From Caecitellus pseudoparvulus (taxonomy: Eukaryota > Protista > Bigyra: Bicosoecida): a stretch of 64,000 nucleotides of DNA. The notes below the pieces were generated by a model that was not told the DNA's origin, ran no database searches, and saw only the letters and a list, made by a program, of their open reading frames with translations. How positions within the stretch are numbered: position 1 is the stretch's first letter; every line of letters begins with the position of its first letter. The DNA lies in contig CBFFRQ010000013.1 of assembly GCA_965644315.1 (NCBI GenBank), positions 919,775-983,774 on the forward strand. The letters run 5' to 3'. Both the position numbers and the translations under genes were made by a program. Shown one piece after another: positions 52,959 through 59,927 of this stretch.

Positions 52959-55900
52959 AATCAATGCATTGCAACCTCTTGTTTTCAACCACACTCACTT
53001 CACACTTGCTCCTCGAGAGAAGCGGGCTGCGGCGCTCGCTTGCTCAGTGCACATAACTTGCACAGAGCATGGTGAGTCACCATGTAAAGTAAGCTTGTTC
53101 TTTTCAGAACATGGTACTTTAATGTTCTTCGTCGTCATTCAGGCGTTCGGCGCCTGTTGGGTGAGTTGGGCGCGGGTTTCGGCCCTGGCGTGTTGGGGGC
53201 GCCGCGGCGACCCCGCGCACACCGCGCCACCCCGCGACCCAACACGGCCCCGCCGCGCGTTACGACACTGGGAATTTCAGAATAACATCTTAGAATGCAC
53301 TATCAACCCAAAGCAAGCTTTTATCACTCACTTTCTTCCTCCTCTGCTGCGCCATCTCGCCCGGGAGCGAGGTGGCTTGGCATGGTCCAGGCGGCAGGCG
53401 TGGCAGCCGTGTAGCGGGCTCGCCGCGCGAGGTCCGCGGCGGGCTGCCCGCGTTCCACGCCAGCGCCCTGAAGTTGAGCTTCTACCACGTGATTAAACAC
53501 GGCCCCACAGTACCGGATGCACGTTTTCAGGACTTGCGTCCATCCGGGAGGTGCGGCGACCACGTCGTGGGGCCAGTAGAAACTTTTGCCGTCTGCGGCA
53601 CCCCCAGAATTCGGGGGCAACTTTTGCCGCAAGGGCCCAGCAAATGCCTCCAGTGCTTCAGCGGCTTTCACTGGGTCTTGGTCCAGTAGATGGGTCGAGT
53701 TTCGGACTGGAACACGCAACCGTTCCATGTGTGGCGCCGTGAGGGCAGCACAAGTTGCGTGATCCCAGTCCGCACACTCGGGTGCTCCCGTGGGCCACTG
53801 ACCACACAAGGCGAGCCGCTTCAGCAACGCCCGGGTGTTCTGGCATGAGATACGTGTTCCAGTGTCTAGTTGACAGCCAGCCTGCACCGCTGCGTGCAGG
53901 CTTTCTGGAATGGTGACGTATCTCAGGGGTGGGTGCCGGAGGGCCTCGGCCGTCAGCCGCCTCGGCACAGCGGTTGACTTTGCCGCTTCGTCACAGTCCT
54001 GCATGTTCTGCGCTGCCTCTCGGAAGAACGCCAGACGTTCTAGAGATACTGAAGGGCAGTCCAGCAGAATGTGGTCTAAAATAAGCTCCGCATCGCGAAT
54101 TTCGGGGTCCAAACACAGAGGACATGCGATATACGGTGTCAGAGCAGCACCCGGATGCAGGAGCTGCTGTGTCTGCAGCATGAACACCTTCGGCAACGGG
54201 CTTCTGTCAGGGTGACAGGCGGTCCAAGCACTACAGGGAACACTTGGAATCGGATGAAGTTCCGCGTGTGTTCGCGCTCGGATGTCCAAATGGTGAGGCC
54301 TCGGCGAGAGCGTCGGATTCACTCTTTTGTCGCCTGTTTCTCCTCGAGGCGAGTGGCCCGGGTACTCAGCAGGTAGGAACATGGTCTCCCGGTACATGTC
54401 TGTTCTTTGCGTTCGTGCAATGAACAAGTACGACTCCAGGAGGTCCAAACGCTGCCTCAACGTGAAAGTGGCTGGGAAGTCAACCGACCTGTCGAACCTT
54501 GCAGAGGCCACAGGAACACTCGTTGCGACGAACAACTTCGGGCCGTTCTGGGCCATGTTCTTGGGCAGCTTTAAGGCCTTTTGGAGAGATCGCATCTCTT
54601 CGTGTAGGGCCGTGGTGTCCCGATTTCCGCTCAAATCGTGCCACCTCGCGGCCATGGCCAGAACGCCGAACACACCTTCGTGGTACCCCAACAGGCGCAG
54701 CTCTAAGAGAGGTCTGACGGCCCACGGGGTGCCTGTGCCGTAGAAGGTGTGTTTCGAGGCCGCTACGTCTTCCAAAAGGAGGGCCGACGGGACCCTCTCG
54801 TCCGGGACGTCCGCGACCATCGTTCGGCCCTGCCATACGCTCACCATCAGGATCTTGAAAGCAGGCGAATCCACCACAGCCTGCTTAAGTGTCCGGACTA
54901 TGAAACCAATGCGACTTCGCATCGTGCGCATGTGCGTCAGAGGAATACCAGCCGCTGCAAGGACCGCGCCGTGTTGGACGCGCATCGGATGAAGCTGAAA
55001 ACCGAACACGGATTTGTCCAGAACACTGCCAACGGCATTGTCGCACATGCGGTTGGGCATGAGCGAGTGTTTGCCGGTGATTGCCAGTGTGTAGTCCGCT
55101 GCAGCGACCACTGAGGTCCTCAAAAGGCGGTGCGCTGCCGACGGGGCGAGCCATTCGGCCGCAGAAATCGCCACAGAAGAATGCCCAGCCATGCTCAAGG
55201 TGGTTGCAGCATTTCGACGAGCTACTTTATGCTGTATGAACAGCTTGGCTTGCAGCGGTGTTCCCAAGTACTCGTATTCGTCCACGAGAGGGATCCGCTT
55301 TCCGTCGACTGTTAGCGCCTGTGACTCCGCAGCAAGGCGTTTCTTGGCGCTGACTATCTGCACATGGAGTCGGCTCATGCGATACGCAAGTCGTGGTGTT
55401 GGTCGCATGATCAGGATGGCCGACTTGGAGGCGTTGACTCTGAGCCCCAGCAGAGCCCCGACCCGCCTGACGATGGTGATCGCACGGATCACGGCGGCCG
55501 CGCTGTCTACGACGAGCCCCAGGTCGTCTGCGTACAGCGCATGGCTGAATCGGGGTCCAGTGTGGACTGGGTCCCCCTTTGAATGCAGTAGCTTGACCCC
55601 CAGTGTCGGTTTTTTCCCCCGTTCCCTCCCCCGGAATGTGGTTCAAGGAGAGTGCACGGGACACCAGGTCGACCGCGATCTTGAATAGGAGGGGCGAGAG
55701 GACGCTTCCTTGCGCTACGCCACTGGTCGCATGAATGGCCTCGGTCATGCCGTGTTCCGTGTCGATGCAGACGCTGGCGTTCTCGATGAAGTCTACGAGG
55801 AGTCGCCTGGTGGTGCGGTCCAGCGGCAGGTGCTCTAGCAGCACGCGCAAGGCCCTGTGATCAACGGAGTCGAAAGCCTTTCGAAAGTCGATAAACACGG

Positions 55901-58370
55901 CGAAAACGGCCAGTGGAGGGCTGTTCTTGGGTCTAATGTCCCGGGAACACGTCGCGGTCGCTGTTCTCAGTGCTGTTCTTGGTCCTTCGAGCATCGCAAA
56001 AACGTGCTCGTGGCACCCGCGGCCTCTGGAGAACCCTGCTTGCTGCGGAGTGATGAGGCCTTGGACGGCTTGTTCCAGCCTGAATGCAAGAACACTGTTC
56101 ACCAGCTTGCTCAGCGGGCTCCGGCACACGATCAGCCGGTACGTCGACGCGACCCCGGGGGTCTGACCCTTCTTTGCGAGCAGTACTCCCTTGCCGTGGT
56201 GCAGCTCCCGTGGCAGGAGACCGTCTCCCTTCACCAGGTGCTGTAGCGTCTCTGCGAGGCATCTCAGAACATCCGGGCCTGCGTAGGCCCAGTGTTCGGC
56301 CTTGAGTTCCGACAGACCACTGCTGCGGTGTTTCCGCAGTGACTTGGTCGCTCTGAGGACCGCCTCAAAGTTGAAGATTTTCGGCTCTTCAGAGGCTCCC
56401 GAGTCACTCCCTGCGGAAATTGGAGGCAGCAGACCCTCAAAGTGGGCTGCACTGAGTCCGTCCAAGTCGGTACTGGGTGGCTGTGCTATCACAGATCTCA
56501 TCTGAGAATGCAAGATTTTCACCACCTGGGCCGGCTCGGTCACCGCCTGGCCGGCCTGCAGCGCGAGGCCAGTTGGCGCCAGGCCTCCGGCTCTTCGACC
56601 CAGCGCACGGCAGATGAGTTGATGCGCCGTGAAAGGGTGCTCCTTGGCGAGCATGTTGATATGCTTCCTTAGCCTGGAGGCGGTCTCCTTCTTAAAATCG
56701 GCCTTCGCGCGAGCCACCTCGTTGTGAGCCGCCCTGCAGCGCAGGGTCGATTCTCGGAGACTAACTTCTAAACTAGAGATCGCCAGGGCACGCCGCCTTG
56801 CAACCGAGTCACCTGAAGGGTGTTCTTCCAGATGGCGTGGTCGGAGTCGTCTCAACTTGCGCCGAAGTCTCCGGACCTCTGCAACTTTTTGGTTGCGTTT
56901 GCGGCGGGCCGCCCGCAGGCCATGGTCGGCCCTGGAACTCCTGCCCCTGGCGAAGACAGCGCATGCCGCTTTGTGCAGGACTCGGCCGATGTGACCCAAG
57001 GAGGGTGGTATGTGCGGTGTTCCGGCCCGCGGCCCCTGGGTGTTCTTGGCACTCTGGGCCAGCCTGTCGCCAGCATGTCTGGCGTACTGGGTGACCCGGG
57101 TGGAGGTTTGGAACACACCGGGGTCTTCGAATGGGGCCACCGGCCTGCGAGTGTTCCGTGTTCGGCCTGGGGGGGCTGTGGCACCGTGCAGCGTGACCGT
57201 ACAATGCACCAAAGCGTGGTCCGAGAGGAGCAGGTCCTGTGGGGACCTGGCGTCGCCCGTGCTGAAGGTGGTCACCACTCTTCCGTGTTCCGCGCGTTCG
57301 TACACGGGCCTGGACAGGCATATGTGGTCCAGGCACCGTCCGTACTTCATGTGGGTCGCGTTTCCTGACCCCGGACTCGGCAAGAGACCGTGCTGGTGGG
57401 TCCATCTGTCGAAGGATCCGACGTCGGATGCCGGCTTCTTCGGTGTTCCAGGACAGGACCACCCCATCCGCTCCCAGAACTGCATCCCCCCTGTTCCGGG
57501 ATGGCAGTTGAAGTCGCCAAGGAACGCCAGCTGGTGGGTGGGGCCGTAGCGGCTCGCCAAGAGCTCGAGGCCAGCCCAGACTTCGGCCCGGTCTGGCAGG
57601 GCGCCCGTGTCCACCTGTTCCACGTCCATGTCCCGTGTTCCAGTTGAAGGTGGAACACCGGGACGGTGGTCCTGACCTCGTTCAGGCGGGCTAACTCTCG
57701 CGTGCTTCCGCGTGATGCTGTGCGGCCGCAGTACCGGCATGTACACGCCTACCACCAGCAGCGGCGGTGACACCGCGTCCACCTCCGCCACCACAAGGCA
57801 GCGCCCATCCACCTGGCTCTCCTGCTCCGGTAGGAACCTGGGTCGGAGCCGGTCGTCCACGATCATGGCCACCTCGCTGCGGCCGCCGTCCTGTTGGACT
57901 GGTGGGCGGTACGACCTCATGCCGTGCTGGGCCAGTGACGGCATGCCGACCCCGCCCGGCTCCGTCACCACCAGGACCAGGGCGGCCGTATCCGGGGTCA
58001 CTGACTCCACAGCGGACAGCACCAGCTCCGGGTACATGCTGTGGGACTTCCACGTGTTCCACGTCGCCAGCGACACCGAGATGGGTCTCGTGCGTACTGG
58101 GCCGCCCTCAGCCCAAGTTCCGCACGGCTGCCCCGCGGCGCCTTCAGGGCTGTTCGGCGGCACCTCCGCGGAACCGAGAACACCCGTTGCGGCACCAGGG
58201 GCAGCGTGACCTCCTACAACGTCTACGAAATCCATGGCCTGGGATGCAGGTCGCATGGACCACACCACGCCCATGGCCGCTTAAAAAAAAGGGAATGGGA
58301 TGGCGGAGCATCCTACCACAGTGGTTACGCTTCGCTTCACAACTCTTACGAGTCCCGATGCTACGCATCT
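52959..58370 (-). mobile_element. Telomere-associated non-LTR retrotransposon, single pol ORF (APE-RT-CCHC), no ORF1, no poly(A) tail
   Basis: 3' end abuts the telomeric relic; ~360-nt 3' UTR; ~5-kb pol frame; ~95-nt 5' leader that ends abruptly at AT-rich DNA. Confidence 0.88.
53324..58274 (-). CDS. AP-endonuclease/reverse transcriptase/CCHC polyprotein (~1650 aa), broken by one extra base at ~55610-55640
   Basis: APE: ATWNT, VTEP, GVYMP, LGDFNCH, LDHI, SDH. RT: YRLI....LSKL, QAGF..GRGC.EH, FIDFRKAFDSVDH, GVAQGSVLSPLLF, then in the next frame LGVKL..FSHALYADDL, GLRVNASKS and YEYLG. C-terminal CPLC...DHILLDCP. Confidence 0.92.
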
Positions 58371-58989
58371 AGTTTAATGGTTCATTTAATAGTTCATTTT
58401 ACAGTAATTTAATATTCAATAAAATATACATTTTTTAAGATAAATAAAAATCCTATTTTTCCCTTTTACATTAAGGCCTCTTAGAACGACTTAATAATTT
58501 ATAAATAATAAAAAGTGTAATAGTATATACCTTCAAAAAATAAAATATCCAAAATATCCAAAAATCCAAAATATCCAAGAATTTTTAAAGTTCATAAAAA
58601 GTTATCATTTTACCAAAATAATTTGAAAGTGTCGGGAAACTGGATTTTTAGGATAATGGGGAAAATGTGGCATAGAGTATGGTAGGTGCAATATGTGCCA
58701 TCAAAAGAAGTATGGGCGGTGTGAGCCCCCTTCAAGAACAATTTAATTGCAACACTTAAAAATAAGAACCTACATGAGGAAGTTGAGAATGAGAAATAAG
58801 CATTTAAATTTTTTAGTATATTTAATTATTAAAGTTAATTATACAATTTTAAAAACGTGATTTTAGTTTAAAGGTTGCCTTAATTACACTATATAATTCA
58901 TCATAGGAGGAAAAGATATTTAGTAGATCGTGTCCACAAGCGGAGATAAGCTCCAGCCTTTCTTTTTCACATGATTTTTATATTGAAAC

Positions 58990-59266
58990 CTAACTAAAGA
59001 ACCTTTTATTGTAATCTCTTATAGCATCTTGTAAATTGTCATTTTCACCCCATAATAAAAAGAAGCTTAAATAACCGGCTCGTTTTGCGTCTCCTGTGTT
59101 AAGGTCTTTTATATGTCGTTTATGATAGCTAGAACGTTTTTTTTTTGTCTTTATGGTCTATATATGTGTTTCCTCCTACTTGTCCAAAATGTGTTTTAGT
59201 TCCATCATCAAATATAGCCGTACATCTTTTATTCTTTCGTGTGCTTGGTATAATATCAATAATCAT
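58990..59266 (-). CDS. Small basic viral protein of the NCLDV/virophage/PLV type (DUF5754-like), frameshifted in an A10 run
   Basis: Missing from the ORF track. Removing one base from the T10 run at 59137-59146 gives MIIDIIPSTRKNKRCTAIFDDGTKTHFGQVGGNTYIDHKDKKKRSSYHKRHIKDLNTGDAKRAGYLSFFLLWGENDNLQDAIRDYNKRFFS*, matching the recalled S.rk.K...hFG..g..y..HkD...r..Y..RH....aG.ls..lLW pattern. Confidence 0.75.
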
Positions 59267-59285
59267 ATATTATATACTATATTCT

Positions 59286-59867
59286 TTAATTGCTGATTCT
59301 ATCCATTTTATATGTTATTTCAACGTCTATGTTTTCATTTATATCACTTTTAACGGATACATTCCAAGTTGGAAAATTACCAGCGCTTGAAACTGTCATA
59401 ACCTTACTTAATGTAATTTGTCCATAGTTTTTAGCGGCTTCAGCTTCCATAAATATACGCCCTATAGTTGTATCCACGCCTGAAGCAGAAGCAGGAACTG
59501 TCATTCTACCAAATACAACAGCTGTTGTTTGTCCTGGTCCGTCTATTACTAAATTAATAGTAGCACTTAAAACATACGTTCCTGTTTGATATGATTCAAT
59601 GGGGATAACAGCATCCATAGCAAACGTTTTCCAGGTGTTAGCGGTGAAAACATCATTAAGAGCTATTTTATAACTTTGAAATTTTGACGTTCTTTCGTAT
59701 AATTGCCCGTAATTTATGCCGTGATATTGTGATATTCCTGCTCTTAATTGTTCTATCCTATTATTACTCATATTCAATTCTCTAATTGTTTTAATTTCGT
59801 TATTAGTTACAGAAAATATCTGAATTGGATTTCCTCCATTGTTACAAAAAAAGGCGTGTTGTGAGCT
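59286..59867 (-). pseudogene. 5'-truncated beta-rich viral structural (fibre/spike-like) gene
   Basis: ORF 59286..59777 stays open upstream (SSQHAFFCNNGGNPIQIFSVTNNEIKTIRELNMSNNRIEQL...) right into the telomeric repeats. LNMSNNRI resembles fibre-shaft repeats and the C-terminal domain is beta-strand-rich. Confidence 0.55.
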
Positions 59868-59927
59868 GGTTAGGGTTAGGGTTAGGGGTAGGGTTAGGGT
59901 TAGGGTTAGGGTTAGGGTTAGGGTTAG
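59868..59927 (+). repeat. Interstitial telomeric tract, ~10 TTAGGG units with one GTAGGG variant
   Basis: Read directly. Confidence 0.98.

Larger units (their letters stand above)
58371..59867 (-). mobile_element. AT-rich fragment of an endogenous virophage/Polinton-like DNA virus: one probable terminus plus two genes
   Basis: Abrupt switch from GC-rich to strongly AT-rich DNA; ~600 nt non-coding with short tandem repeats; two tightly packed, intronless, co-oriented virus-like ORFs 19 nt apart. Confidence 0.7.

Noticed and set aside
52943-53260. Telomerase RNA gene (CCCTAA template plus hairpins)
   Set aside because: The hairpins favour the plus strand while a template would be on the minus strand; the repeat is better explained as a junction relic.
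55609-55620. GGGGGAAAAAAC as a programmed -1 frameshift in pol
   Set aside because: Reaching YADD needs a +1 shift, and the site lies inside the RT core; a homopolymer indel is simpler.
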